Source: an uncultured bacterium (GTDB lineage Bacteria > Planctomycetota > UBA1135 > GCA-002686595). From it: a stretch of 64,000 bases of DNA. The position numbers were made by a program, and so were the translations under genes. The notes under the pieces are model-generated. The model worked only from the letters and a program-made list of their open reading frames with translations. It did no database searches and was not told the DNA's origin. The stretch is from assembly GCA_943787795.1 (NCBI GenBank), contig CALSNU010000001.1, forward strand, positions 960,001-1,024,000. Direction: 5' to 3'. Positions 38,212 to 48,729 of this stretch are shown one piece after another (position 1 is the first letter of the stretch; each line of letters begins with the position of its first letter).

Positions 38212-40698
38212 ATGCAGTTCCTCCAGCCCACACTTCTCCTCCTCTGCGTGGTGGCGCTCCTCCCCTGGGTCGGGCCGCTCCGCACCCGCGACCGGGCCCA
38301 CGCGCTGCTGCGGTCCCTCGCGCTCCTGCTGATCGTCTTCGCCGCGGCTCGTCCGGTTTCGCGGGCGGTCGATGGCGGCGTTCACCGTGTGGTGGTCATC
38401 GATCGAACGTACAGCGTCACCGAGCAGGCCGACGGGACGGCGCGCGAGCTCTTGACCGCGGCGATCGCCGGGCGGCTCCCGGAGGAGTCCTTCACGGTGG
38501 TGGAGCTCGGCGGCGACGGCCGACCGGCCCTCGAGGCATTCGAGGGCGTCGAGCGCCGCACGGTGATGGACGCCGGCGGGTCTTCGCTTGGGCGCGCCCT
38601 CGAGGCGGCCCTGCGCGGGATCCCCGACGGGGCGCGCGATGCCTCCGTGACCGTCCTCTCGGACGGTCTCGCCACCGACGACCGAGGCGGCGCTCACTGG
38701 GCCGCGGCCCTCGCGGACGCGGCGGCTCGCGGTGTCAGCGTGGAATGGACGGTCCTTGACGGGGCGGCGGGCGACCTGAGGCCCGTTGGGCTGGACGTCG
38801 TCGGCGCCCTGGGCCAGGTCGGCCAGCAGGTGAACCTGGACGTGACCCTCGTGGGCGGTGGGCAGGTGGTGAGCTGCACCCTGATCGGACCGGAGGGCGA
38901 GCTCGACCGGGCAGAGGGCGTCGCGGTGGACGGACGCATCCGGCTGCGCCTGGGGTTCGAGCCGGAGGTTGCCGGGTTCATGGATCTGGCCGTCGAGGTC
39001 GAGGTCACGGACGGCGCCGACCCCGTGGGCGGAGACCTGCGGATCGAGCGCACCCTCTGCGTGCAGGACCCCACCCGCGTCCTCTACCTCGGCGACCGCG
39101 TGGCGGGCGGCGGCGAAGCGTTGGCTGACCTCGTAGGGGGAGGCTTCGAGGTGGAGGTGGCCGACGGGATGCCGTCACCGGAGTCACTCGATCGCGCGGA
39201 GCTGGTGGTCCTCGATGACCGCCCCGCGACCGCCGTGCCCGAGGCGTGGCAGGAGGAGCTCGTCCAGCGCGTTTCTGCCGGCAGCGTTGGCCTGCTGGCC
39301 GCGGGCGGCGACGCCGCCTTCGGCCCCGGCGGCTTCCACGATCAGCCCCTGGAGGAGATCCTCCCGGTGGAGTTCGTCCAGAAGGAGGAGAAGCGCGACC
39401 CCAGCACGACGCTCGTGGTGATCATCGACACCTCGGGCTCCATGGGCGGCAACCGGGTGCAGCTCGCCAAGGAGGTGGCGCGGCTCTCCATCCGCCGTCT
39501 CTTGCCCCACGACAAGGTGGGCCTGGTGGAGTTCTACGGCGCCAAGCGCTGGGCGGTTCCGATCCAGCCCGCGTCGAACTCCATCGAGATCGAGCGCGCC
39601 CTCAACCGCCTCGACGCGGGCGGCGGCACGGTGATCCTGCCCGCCATCGAGGAGGCCTACTACGGGCTCAAGAACGTCCGCACGCGCTTCAAGCACGTGA
39701 TGATCCTGACCGACGGCGGGGTGGAAACAGGCGCCTTCGAGCCGCTCCTGCGCCGCATGGCCCAGGAGGGCATGAACGTCTCTACGGTCCTGATCGGATC
39801 GGACGCCCACTCCGAGTTCCTTGTGGGGCTCGCGAACTGGGGGCAGGGGCGCTTCTACTCCGTGCCCAACCGGTTCAACCTCCCGGAGATCCTCCTCAAG
39901 CAGCCGGCGAGCGCCAAGCTGCCCGCCTATCGGCCGGGGGTGGTTCAGGTGCGCGCCCGCGGCGGCGCCGCGTGGTGGGGGGAGGTGGACCCCGAGTCGA
40001 CGCCGCCGCTGGGAGGCTACGTGGAGACGCGGGCTCGTCCGGGGGCCGAGCGGGTCCTCGAGACTGCTGACGAGGGGCATCCCGTCCTCGCCTCCTGGCG
40101 CTACGGGCTCGGCCGCGTGAGCGCCCTGACCACCGAACCCACGGGTCCGGGGACCGAGCCCTGGCAGGGCTGGGACGGCTACGGCGAACTGATGGCCCGC
40201 GCCCTCGCGCGGACCGCTTCCGACACCGCCTCGCCCTTCGCGTTCCGCCTCGACCGGGACCCCGATGGTGCCCTCCTCGTGGCGGAACGCCGCGCAGCGG
40301 CCGCCGGCGCGCGACCCGCCGCCGAGCGCGTCGTGGAAGGCGCAGATGAGCCCGACCGTCTCGCGTTCGAGCAGGTCTCACCGGACCGCTTCGAGGTTCG
40401 GCTGCCCGCCCGTCAGGACGAGGGGCTCCGGGTGCTCGCGGGCGCCGCGGATCGACCGGCCCGGGAGCGCCTCGCCCTCGATGCCCTGGGCGGCGGCGTT
40501 CGCGAGCTGCAGGTCGACCCCGCTGTGGCCGGACGGTTCGGCGCGGCGCTGGCCGCCTCGCCTGCCGCGGAGCGAGAGGGGGGCGTGATCGCCCTGAGGG
40601 AGCTCTCCCCCTGGTTCGCCTTCCTCGGGCTCCTCGCCTACCTCCTCGACATCGCGTATCGACGCTGGCCCCGGGGCGAGACCCGACGCACCTCATGA
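38212..40698 (+). CDS. VWA plus glutamine-amidotransferase-like domain membrane protein
   Basis: IDRTYSV, LSDG, AAGGDAAFGPGG..LEEILPV, MIDAS IDTSGSM, ILTDG, PVLASWRYGLGRV. Confidence 0.85.
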   Translation: MQFLQPTLLLLCVVALLPWVGPLRTRDRAHALLRSLALLLIVFAAARPVSRAVDGGVHRVVVIDRTYSVTEQADGTARELLTAAIAGRLPEESFTVVELGGDGRPALEAFEGVERRTVMDAGGSSLGRALEAALRGIPDGARDASVTVLSDGLATDDRGGAHWAAALADAAARGVSVEWTVLDGAAGDLRPVGLDVVGALGQVGQQVNLDVTLVGGGQVVSCTLIGPEGELDRAEGVAVDGRIRLRLGFEPEVAGFMDLAVEVEVTDGADPVGGDLRIERTLCVQDPTRVLYLGDRVAGGGEALADLVGGGFEVEVADGMPSPESLDRAELVVLDDRPATAVPEAWQEELVQRVSAGSVGLLAAGGDAAFGPGGFHDQPLEEILPVEFVQKEEKRDPSTTLVVIIDTSGSMGGNRVQLAKEVARLSIRRLLPHDKVGLVEFYGAKRWAVPIQPASNSIEIERALNRLDAGGGTVILPAIEEAYYGLKNVRTRFKHVMILTDGGVETGAFEPLLRRMAQEGMNVSTVLIGSDAHSEFLVGLANWGQGRFYSVPNRFNLPEILLKQPASAKLPAYRPGVVQVRARGGAAWWGEVDPESTPPLGGYVETRARPGAERVLETADEGHPVLASWRYGLGRVSALTTEPTGPGTEPWQGWDGYGELMARALARTASDTASPFAFRLDRDPDGALLVAERRAAAAGARPAAERVVEGADEPDRLAFEQVSPDRFEVRLPARQDEGLRVLAGAADRPARERLALDALGGGVRELQVDPAVAGRFGAALAASPAAEREGGVIALRELSPWFAFLGLLAYLLDIAYRRWPRGETRRTS

Positions 40699-43600
40699 CC
40701 GACGCCCCCCGCGCCATGAACCGCCTCGCCCTCGCGCTGGCGCTTGCCTTCACGGGCTCCGTATCCACGGAACCCCTGGCGGCCCAGTCCATCCAGGGCG
40801 TCCGAATCCCGGCGCAGGGCTTCGCCGCGCTCAAGGGCGCCTCCGCCATGAAGCAGGGCGGCGCCGTCACCGTGATCAACAACGCTGCGGGCCAGGAGGG
40901 GCCCGCGCCGCCCGCTCCGGAGCTGGAGCCGGTGGTCAAGGAGCTCCCCCCTGAGCTCCTGGCGCGGCTCGCCGGGCTGGAGGGGCAGGGGCTCGACGCG
41001 GCCGCGGCCCGTTCCGAGGCCGGGGCGCTCTTCAGCGCCGCGGCGGCCTACCCGGGGGGCGTTGACCTCCTCAAGGACGAGCTCCGCAAGCTCTCCCGTG
41101 GCAAGAGCGACGCCGTCACCACGCGCCGGATCCTGGGCTGGGTGGCCTGGCGTCACGGCGACCTCAAGGACGCCGCTCGCGAGTTCAAGCGCCTCGCCAA
41201 GGACGAGGGCGACCTCGACAGTCGGCTCGCGCACGCGCAGCTCCTCGACGCCCGTGGGGAGGCAGAGGACGCCCTCGAGGCCTACGGTGCCCTGCTTCCT
41301 GATATCGAGGATCCCGAGCAGCGCACCCGCCTGCGGCTGCGCATGGCTTTGATGTCCATGGAGACCGGCGGGGAGGACCAGAAGGACGCCCTCGCGAGCT
41401 TCGCTAGCGAGCCTGGCGTCACGCCCGCGCTCCGGAACCGCTGCGCCACCGTGCTCGCGCTCCTCGGCCGGCCAGGTGAGGCGGCGGCGCTGTACGTGGT
41501 GCCGAGCGTGGCGCCGGACGGCGCGCCCACCGACGAGGTCAAGCGGCGCCGCAAGGCGGCGGCCAACGGGGAGCTGCGGGTCGCCGAGTGGTCGATCGGC
41601 GCCCAGGACTGGACGCGCGCCCAGGACGCCGCCTGGCGCGGCGTGCACCTTTCCACGGTGGCGAGGGAGCGGCGCTACGGGCTGACGCTCCTCGCCGAAG
41701 CGCACCGGGGCGACGGCTCTCTACCCGCCCTCCTCGAGCGCTTCGACGCCGAGCGCGCCGGGCTCCCGGCCGAGGCGCGCCGCATGTGGATCGAGCTACT
41801 CCGGGAGACCGGAGAGACCGACGAGGCCATCGCTATGACCCAGGGGGACTCGGCCGCGACCTTCAGCCGCGAGGACCGGGTTCGGCTGCTCGAGATGTAC
41901 CGCGAGGCCGACCGCGTCGAGGAGATGCTCGCCGTCTATGGGGAGTGGATCGCGGGCGAACCAGGTGAGCTGCTCTGGCGGCAGGGCCTCTGCCGCTACC
42001 ACCTCGAGAACGGGGACCGCGCGGCGGCCATCGAGGTCTGGGAGTCGTGGTTCTCCGAGATCGGCCCCGGCGCTGCTGAGCCCTCCTCGGTCCTCGAGGC
42101 GGCCGAGATGCTCCGGAGCCTCGGGCTCGATGACCTCGCGATCCGCGCCGCGGAGCGGGTCGTGGACGGGGCAGAGCTGCGGGAGACCGCGCTGCTGTTC
42201 CTCTTCGAGCTGAGCCTCGAGCGCGGTCGGATCGACGCCGCCCGGATGAGCCTGGACCGCTTGGATGAGCTGGCGCCCGCCGGATCGGCGGCGCGCATGC
42301 CGCTCTCCGATGGGTATGAGCGCATCGGCGAGCTCGAGGGCGCGGTCCGCACCCTCGAGGGGGTGCGCGCGGCGCGCGGCGAGGGGCGCGCGGGCGAAGA
42401 CCTTGAGATGCGGCTGGCGTGGCTGTACTCGGAGGTCGGCCGCGAGGAGCAGGCGCTGGAGCTCTGGCGGGAGCTGTGGCTGCGCGTGAAGTCGCTCTCG
42501 CGACGTCGCTTCGTGGAGGATCGCATGATGACCGTGGCCGCCCGGCTTGGCGTGCTCGCGGACATCGCCATCGACATCGAGCGCAAGCTGGTGCGCGGTG
42601 AGGCTACCGATCGAGACAGTGGCCTCCTCGTGCGCCTCTACACCAAGGTGGGCGACGCCGTGTCCGCGGCGGAGATCATCGATGAGTTCCTCAAGCTGAA
42701 GGGCGGTTCCGAGCTAGAGGCCCTCTCGGAGAAGGCGCGGGTCTACCTCGCCTGCAACGACTTCTTCAACTACGAGGAGGCCGTTGGTCGCCTCATCGAC
42801 ATCGACCCGGACGGTCGGCCCGACTACTACCGCCAGCTCGCCATGAGCCAGCTGGAGCGCGGCCGGCCCGACGAGGCGCGGACCACGCTCATGCGGCTGC
42901 AAGAGCTCCCCGGCGGGGACGACACGTCGGCGGAGTTCGAGGCCGGGGTGCTCTCGCTCTCCGGGATGCGGGAGGAGGCCATCGACGCGTACCGTCGCGG
43001 GCTGGTGGCGCACCCCGAGCGCATCGACTCGTACCTGCTGATGGCGGGCCTGATGAAGCAGGTCAAGCAGTCGGACCGCGCGGTGGGGATGTTCCAGTTC
43101 CTGGCGGAGACGGCGCCCAAGGACGACGTCTTCACCATCGCCATCGACGGGCTGCTGAACATGCTCGTGGAGGCGCCGCCCCGACCGGAGATGGTGCAGT
43201 GGGCGCGCCGGATCACCCTGGAGCGCCTCGCCGGCCGTGAGGACGCCGCGTACCTCTACCAGCTCCTCGCGGACCTCGCAGAGGAGACCGGCGACGATGA
43301 GGCGCAGGTCACGGCCCTCCAGAGCCTGCTCGCGTCCGCCGGCCCACGCCGGGCCTCGGTGCTGCGGGAGCTGATGGAGCTCTCGAAGCCCGCCCGCGCG
43401 AGCTTCAACGTCAAGGGTCGCAAGGGGGACGAGGCGCAGCTCCTGGCCTTCGGTCGGCGCCTGGTGGGGCTGGGCGAGATGGTCCCGCCGGAGGTCTTCC
43501 TCGACCTCGGAGACGCCTTCCTCGAGGCGGGGGACGAGCGCTCCGCGGCGCGGACCTTCGACCTCACGCGGGAGTTCCCCGACGGGGAGATGTACCAGAA

Positions 43601-46600
43601 GAACGCGGCGGAACGCTTTGAGAAGGCGGGCTACATCGAGCGCTCGCTGGAGCGCTACCAGGCGGTGCTCGCGGCGAGCCCATCGGACATCGCGCTCCTC
43701 ACCAAGGTGGGGGAGCTGCGAGAGGCGCTCGGGGACGACGCCGCTGCCCTCGAGCTCTACCGCCGGGCCCATGGGATCCTGCTGGGTCGACGCCTGCTGC
43801 TGGAGAACAAGCGCGAGGAGGAGGAGGACAAGCTCCAGCGCTTCATGCCACGCAACGTGGACGAGCTGGACCAGTATGGAGAGCGCGTCCTGCAGGGGAT
43901 GCTCGCGACCATGACGGAGGCCGAGCTGGATGGCTTCCTCGGGGAGCAGGTCGGCGCCGTGGAGCTGGAGCTCCCGCGCGCCTTCGCGGCGGCGGATGCG
44001 GACCGCGGCGGCGAAGGGGTCGCGGCTGCGGCAAGGCGCATGGCCCAGCACCCGCGCCTGGCGAGCCGGGCCGAGATCGTCCGGCGCGTCAGCTTCGCGA
44101 CGGGCCGGGTGGACGCCGCCCAGGCGCTGGATCGCGTGCTGCTCGAGGCCTTCCCCGGGGATGAGCGGCTGCTCGAGGACGCCATGGTGTCCCGCGTTCG
44201 ATGGGGCCTGATCCCGCAGGCCACCGAGCTCCTCGCCAGGTTGAGCGAGGACGGCGGCGGCGCGGACCGCTGGCGCGCGCGGCTCGGGGGCGGTGGCGCG
44301 GAGGCGGATGGCGCTGCCGGGGCCGTTCCCTTTGATGAGGCGGTCGCCGCGGCGCTCCCCGCGGTCGCGGCGGGTGACCTCGATCGAGTCCGCGCCATCG
44401 TGCAGCGGGCCAACGTGGGCCGACTCGAGGACGACGAGCTGCAGGGCATGGCGGTGCTCTTCGCGGCCGCGAGGAGCGCGGACGACGAGGAGTTGGCGCT
44501 CCGCGTCGCCCGCGACTGGCTGCGGCTCTCCCTCGCGAGCTCGCCGAACCCCTATCAGGTCGAGGAGCTGATCGATGCCCTGGTGCCTGGCCTCGGGGAG
44601 GAGACCGGCCTCGCGCTCGCGCGCTACGTGGTCGGCCTGATCGTCGTCGACCCGGAGAAGAACTCCCGGCTCGTGCGGGTCCTGCCGAAGCTGGCGGACC
44701 GCTTCGGCGAGGCCGCGGTGTCGCCTGAGCAGGTGCAGGCGCTCGTGGACGGCTTCGGTGAGGCCTACGCCTTCGGGCTGGTCCCGGTCCTGCTCCTGCT
44801 CCCCGAGGAGGACCGCTCCTCGTCGCTGCGCTCGATCTGGTCGAAGCTCGAGGCCCAGGGTCGGGCCCGGTTCCTGCTCGGGATGATCGCCGAGGCCCCC
44901 GGGGAGCTCCCCGAGGAGATGGCGGACTTCATCCGTGACTCCCTGCCGGGGGCGCTGGAGGACGGCGCGGACCTGCTGGAGTTCTACGTGTCCAGGCTCC
45001 TGGACGTGCCCCACAGCCACCAGCTGGTGATCGACGTCTGCCAGGACATCCGTCCGTCGCTCGGCTCCAAGCTCGATGTGCTGGACGCCGCGATCGTGGT
45101 CCACCGTTGCGCGCTGGAGGGGCCCGAGGCGCTCGCGGACGAGGGCGCTGCGGTCTTCGCGACGCTCGCCGCGGACACCGAGGACGACTATCAGCGGCGT
45201 CAGGCCAGCGAGCAGCTCGCGGCGGCCTTTGAGGGCCCCGCGCGGGATGCATTCATGGCCGCGCTCGTGGAGCAGGCTCCCGCGTCGCCGACGGCGACGC
45301 CCCTGGACTTCGCCCGGGCGCAGCTCTATTCCAGCTGGGAGCGGCCCGCGGATGCGCTGGCGCTGCTCGAGGGGTTCGAGGTCGACGAGGAGACGGAGGG
45401 GCGGCGGCTCGACCTGATCCGTAGCGCCCAATCGAAGCTCGGTCGGGAGCTCGCCGCCGCGCAGACGCTGGTCCGTCGCGTCGCTGTGGCGGAGGACGAC
45501 GACGAGAAGAGGCGGCTGCTCAAGCAGGCGGTGCGCCTCTGGGAGCGGCTCGAGGCCCCCGAGATCGCGCTGGAGGCGCAGCGCATGCTCGACACCCTGG
45601 GCGACGAGGTTGAGCCGGGCGAGGCGGGCTTTATCCTCCCGCCGGGCACCCTGTCCCTCACGGTCGGGGGCGTCACCTACGACGCCGAGGACAAGCCCGA
45701 GAAGAAGGGGCTGCCGAAGACGTTCCGCGAGGTCCGCGAGGCGCTGAGCGCTGGCGACACCGAGGATGCGGCCCGCATCTTCCGTCGGGTCTGGCGGGAG
45801 TTTCCGGTGGGCCAGCCCGCGGCGCGCATGTCGTCCTTCTTCTTCTTCCGCCGTTCTCCTCTGGGAAACCTGCGCTGGCCGGGGGCGCCCGCTCCCGCGG
45901 GCGATGACCCCGGAGCCGAGGCTCGGAGGCAGGGAGGGCTCTTGGCGTTCCGTGCGCCGGACGCCCCCGAGCGGCCGCCGGCGCCCGACGCCTACGAGAA
46001 GCTCGCGGCCTATCCCGAGATCGTGGCGGAGCAGGAGCGCTACCTGCGCGGCGTGCAGCCGGCGGAGCTGGACCGCATCCAGAAGCTCACCCGGGGCATG
46101 CTCCAGGCCGAGGTACGCGAACGCGGCGCCGAGGTGGTGCTCGCGGAGCTCCTTGGCGAGGTGAAGCGGACCGGCGGGCGGCTCGCGCAGATTCAGCTCC
46201 TGACGCTGCTGGACCTCAACCCCGAGCTGATCACCGGCGAGGCGGCGGCCGCGCTCGAGGGGCTGGTGAGCACCATGCCGCCCATGGACGCGGCGCAGGT
46301 CATGCGCCTTGCACGGACGCTCCTCCGCAGCGGCGACCGCGGCATGGCGCTGCGGTTGTACGAGTGGTGCGCCCTGATCGGTATCGCCAGTGATAGCCCC
46401 TTCAACGACGATGGCGCCTACGTGATCTCGAGCGTGCCGCTGCCCGAGCTCATCGACGACGTGAAGAAAAACCTCGTGGGGGAGGAGCGCGTCGCGCCGA
46501 TCGCTGCGCTGCTGCAGAGCGTGTCGGGGGGCCGCCCCTGGGAGATGGAGCGCACCCAGACCCTGGCGGTGAAGACCTGGGCTGAGCTCGTCGAACCCGA

Positions 46601-47408
46601 GGAGGCGCTCCAGCGACTGGGCCCGATCGCCGTGGATGCTCTGGACCTCGCCAAGGGTCTGCAGCGCTCGGTCGCCGTGCAGCTCGCTCCCCTCTACCTC
46701 GCCACCGGGGACGAGGAGCGGGCGCTCCGCGCCTTGGAGGTCGGGACCGCGCGGTTCAGCGCGTCCGAGGTCGGCAATCCCGACATGTTCTGGATGGCCG
46801 AACCAGGAGCGCCCGAGCGGATCCCCCGGGACGTCCTCGAGGCCGTCCTGCCCGAGGCCGGGGAGGGGCTCGAGGACCCCGGCCGGTGGTTCGCGCGCCT
46901 CGCGGAGAGTCACCTGGCCTGGCTCGAGGATGGGCGGCTGCTGGACTCCTCCGCCGTGGAGGCGCTCGCGCTCTGCGCCGTGCGCATGGGGGAGGTCGGG
47001 CTTGGCGCCGAGGGCATGGCGCTGGCCCTCGAGCTCGCTGACCTCGAGAACATCCACGCGCGGTCGAGGCTCTGGGTGGTGGACGCCCTTCGTGAGCTGG
47101 GCGGCGACGAGGCGGCGAGCCGCATCGAGGTGGGGATGCTCACCGACGGCGAGCTGGTGACCTCGCGGCTGGCGAGCGTCGTCGAGGGCGTGCTCGAGCG
47201 GGAGGGCCCCGAGGCCGCGTTTGCCATCGCGGCGACGACGGCCGCCTTCTCGCACCCCGAAGCCCTCATGACGGTGCTGATCCGGGCGGCCTCCCAGACC
47301 GGAGACGAGGACGCCGTGGCAAGGTGGACCGAGGTCGCAGAGAAGGCGGCGCGCGCCGCCGCGGACCTGAAGGCCAAGAAGGAGGAGAACGCCTCCAAGA
47401 ACCGATGA
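40695..47408 (+). CDS. Giant secreted TPR-like helical repeat protein, 2237 aa
   Basis: Signal peptide; recurrent TPR-like helices; start and stop overlap neighbouring genes. Confidence 0.82.
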   Translation: MTDAPRAMNRLALALALAFTGSVSTEPLAAQSIQGVRIPAQGFAALKGASAMKQGGAVTVINNAAGQEGPAPPAPELEPVVKELPPELLARLAGLEGQGLDAAAARSEAGALFSAAAAYPGGVDLLKDELRKLSRGKSDAVTTRRILGWVAWRHGDLKDAAREFKRLAKDEGDLDSRLAHAQLLDARGEAEDALEAYGALLPDIEDPEQRTRLRLRMALMSMETGGEDQKDALASFASEPGVTPALRNRCATVLALLGRPGEAAALYVVPSVAPDGAPTDEVKRRRKAAANGELRVAEWSIGAQDWTRAQDAAWRGVHLSTVARERRYGLTLLAEAHRGDGSLPALLERFDAERAGLPAEARRMWIELLRETGETDEAIAMTQGDSAATFSREDRVRLLEMYREADRVEEMLAVYGEWIAGEPGELLWRQGLCRYHLENGDRAAAIEVWESWFSEIGPGAAEPSSVLEAAEMLRSLGLDDLAIRAAERVVDGAELRETALLFLFELSLERGRIDAARMSLDRLDELAPAGSAARMPLSDGYERIGELEGAVRTLEGVRAARGEGRAGEDLEMRLAWLYSEVGREEQALELWRELWLRVKSLSRRRFVEDRMMTVAARLGVLADIAIDIERKLVRGEATDRDSGLLVRLYTKVGDAVSAAEIIDEFLKLKGGSELEALSEKARVYLACNDFFNYEEAVGRLIDIDPDGRPDYYRQLAMSQLERGRPDEARTTLMRLQELPGGDDTSAEFEAGVLSLSGMREEAIDAYRRGLVAHPERIDSYLLMAGLMKQVKQSDRAVGMFQFLAETAPKDDVFTIAIDGLLNMLVEAPPRPEMVQWARRITLERLAGREDAAYLYQLLADLAEETGDDEAQVTALQSLLASAGPRRASVLRELMELSKPARASFNVKGRKGDEAQLLAFGRRLVGLGEMVPPEVFLDLGDAFLEAGDERSAARTFDLTREFPDGEMYQKNAAERFEKAGYIERSLERYQAVLAASPSDIALLTKVGELREALGDDAAALELYRRAHGILLGRRLLLENKREEEEDKLQRFMPRNVDELDQYGERVLQGMLATMTEAELDGFLGEQVGAVELELPRAFAAADADRGGEGVAAAARRMAQHPRLASRAEIVRRVSFATGRVDAAQALDRVLLEAFPGDERLLEDAMVSRVRWGLIPQATELLARLSEDGGGADRWRARLGGGGAEADGAAGAVPFDEAVAAALPAVAAGDLDRVRAIVQRANVGRLEDDELQGMAVLFAAARSADDEELALRVARDWLRLSLASSPNPYQVEELIDALVPGLGEETGLALARYVVGLIVVDPEKNSRLVRVLPKLADRFGEAAVSPEQVQALVDGFGEAYAFGLVPVLLLLPEEDRSSSLRSIWSKLEAQGRARFLLGMIAEAPGELPEEMADFIRDSLPGALEDGADLLEFYVSRLLDVPHSHQLVIDVCQDIRPSLGSKLDVLDAAIVVHRCALEGPEALADEGAAVFATLAADTEDDYQRRQASEQLAAAFEGPARDAFMAALVEQAPASPTATPLDFARAQLYSSWERPADALALLEGFEVDEETEGRRLDLIRSAQSKLGRELAAAQTLVRRVAVAEDDDEKRRLLKQAVRLWERLEAPEIALEAQRMLDTLGDEVEPGEAGFILPPGTLSLTVGGVTYDAEDKPEKKGLPKTFREVREALSAGDTEDAARIFRRVWREFPVGQPAARMSSFFFFRRSPLGNLRWPGAPAPAGDDPGAEARRQGGLLAFRAPDAPERPPAPDAYEKLAAYPEIVAEQERYLRGVQPAELDRIQKLTRGMLQAEVRERGAEVVLAELLGEVKRTGGRLAQIQLLTLLDLNPELITGEAAAALEGLVSTMPPMDAAQVMRLARTLLRSGDRGMALRLYEWCALIGIASDSPFNDDGAYVISSVPLPELIDDVKKNLVGEERVAPIAALLQSVSGGRPWEMERTQTLAVKTWAELVEPEEALQRLGPIAVDALDLAKGLQRSVAVQLAPLYLATGDEERALRALEVGTARFSASEVGNPDMFWMAEPGAPERIPRDVLEAVLPEAGEGLEDPGRWFARLAESHLAWLEDGRLLDSSAVEALALCAVRMGEVGLGAEGMALALELADLENIHARSRLWVVDALRELGGDEAASRIEVGMLTDGELVTSRLASVVEGVLEREGPEAAFAIAATTAAFSHPEALMTVLIRAASQTGDEDAVARWTEVAEKAARAAADLKAKKEENASKNR

Positions 47409-48448
47409 TGGACCTCCTCACGCTGATGATCGCCGGGGTCCTCACCCCATCCGATACTGACCTCTGGGTCAGCTACCCGGGCGCCGGGGACGACGCTCCC
47501 CACGTCGTGCTCATCGCAGGCGACGAGGAGTACCGCAGCGAGGAGGCGCTCCCGCAGCTGGGCAAGATCCTGTCCGTCCACCACGGGGTCCGCTGCACGG
47601 TCCTGTTTCCGATCGACCCGCAAAGCGGCGAGATTGTCCCCACCTGCCTCGACAACATCCCGGGGCTCGAGGCGCTCGAGACCGCGGACCTGATGGTCAT
47701 CGCGACGCGCTTCCGCGACCTGCCCGACGAGCAGATGCAGCACATCGACGCCTACCTGAAGGCGGGCAAGCCGGTGCTCGGGTTGCGCACGGCCACGCAC
47801 GGCTTCCGCAACGCGAAGGACGGGCCGTGGGCTCACTACGCGAACGGATACAACGGGCCCAGGTCGGAGTGGAAGGGCGGCTTTGGGCGCCTGGTGCTCG
47901 GGGAGAAGTGGGTGGCCCATCACGGCGCCCACGGGAGCCAGAGCTCACGCGGCATCCTCGCGCCCGATCAGGCGAAGCACCCTGCGCTGCGCGGGCTCTC
48001 CGATGGCGACGTATGGGGCCCCAGCGACGTGTACAGGGTCCGGATGCCCATGCTCGAGGGGACCGAGGTGGTCATGCTCGGCCAGGTCCTCGACCGTGCC
48101 GGCCCCGGCGAGGACGGGGACCCGCTCATGGGCATGCGTCCGGACGACCGCGTGGCCGAGGGGGCCCGAAACGACCCGCTGATGCCGCTCGCCTGGTTCC
48201 GAGCCTACGAGCTCCCCGGCGGCAAGCCGGGCAAGGCCTTCACCTCGACGCTCGGGGCCTCGACGGATCTCGTGGCGCCAGGATCTCGGCGGATGCTCAT
48301 CAACGCGGCGCTGCATCTGCTCGGCCGCGAGGTCCCAAAGGGCGGGGCGGAGGTGGCGCTCGTGGGGACCTACGAGCCCTCGCGTTTTGCCTTCGGTCGA
48401 TACCGGGCGGGCCTTCGCCCGGCGGACTACGCCCTCGAGAGCCGCTGA
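47405..48448 (+). CDS. ThuA-like (class I GATase-fold) protein
   Basis: HVVLIAGDEEYRSEEALPQL, IPGLEALETADL, RFRDLPDEQM, GLRTATH, AFTSTLGAS. Confidence 0.85.
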   Translation: MMDLLTLMIAGVLTPSDTDLWVSYPGAGDDAPHVVLIAGDEEYRSEEALPQLGKILSVHHGVRCTVLFPIDPQSGEIVPTCLDNIPGLEALETADLMVIATRFRDLPDEQMQHIDAYLKAGKPVLGLRTATHGFRNAKDGPWAHYANGYNGPRSEWKGGFGRLVLGEKWVAHHGAHGSQSSRGILAPDQAKHPALRGLSDGDVWGPSDVYRVRMPMLEGTEVVMLGQVLDRAGPGEDGDPLMGMRPDDRVAEGARNDPLMPLAWFRAYELPGGKPGKAFTSTLGASTDLVAPGSRRMLINAALHLLGREVPKGGAEVALVGTYEPSRFAFGRYRAGLRPADYALESR

Positions 48449-48472
48449 GGGTCCCCGCGCCCGGGCGGAGCG

Positions 48473-48584
48473 GCAGAGGACTCAGGCGGCAGAGGACTCA
48501 GGCAGCAGAGGACTCAGGCAGCAGAGGACTCAGGCAGCAGAGGACTCAGGCAGCAGAGGACTCAGGCAGCAGAGGACTCAGGCA
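48473..48584. repeat. Seven tandem 16-bp units GCAGAGGACTCAGGC(A/G)
   Basis: Read directly; no spacers; one degenerate copy near 48601. Confidence 0.95.
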
Positions 48585-48729
48585 GCTGGAAACCCGGCCG
48601 GCAGCGGACTCAGACTCCGGGGAATCCAGGCGGCAGGGAAGTGGTGCGGCCAGGGAATGGGGTTCTCGCGCGCCCCTGCCGCGTCAGCGATCCCACAATG
48701 TCGGGCCACCGATGACCCCGCCAGGATTC

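Noticed and set aside
42714..47255. 1513-aa minus-strand ORF and other long antisense ORFs (e.g. 48610..51126, 30502..32685, 12593..14410)
   Set aside because: Shadow frames opposite well-supported genes in high-GC DNA; no recognisable motifs.
48473..48584. CRISPR array (also considered for 30458, 51591, 60130)
   Set aside because: Units are 14-17 bp and abut directly with no unique spacers; no cas genes in the window.
47827..48729. N-terminal extension of the nuclease ORF through the 16-bp repeat
   Set aside because: It overlaps the ThuA-like gene and non-coding repeat; the signal peptide starts at 48730.
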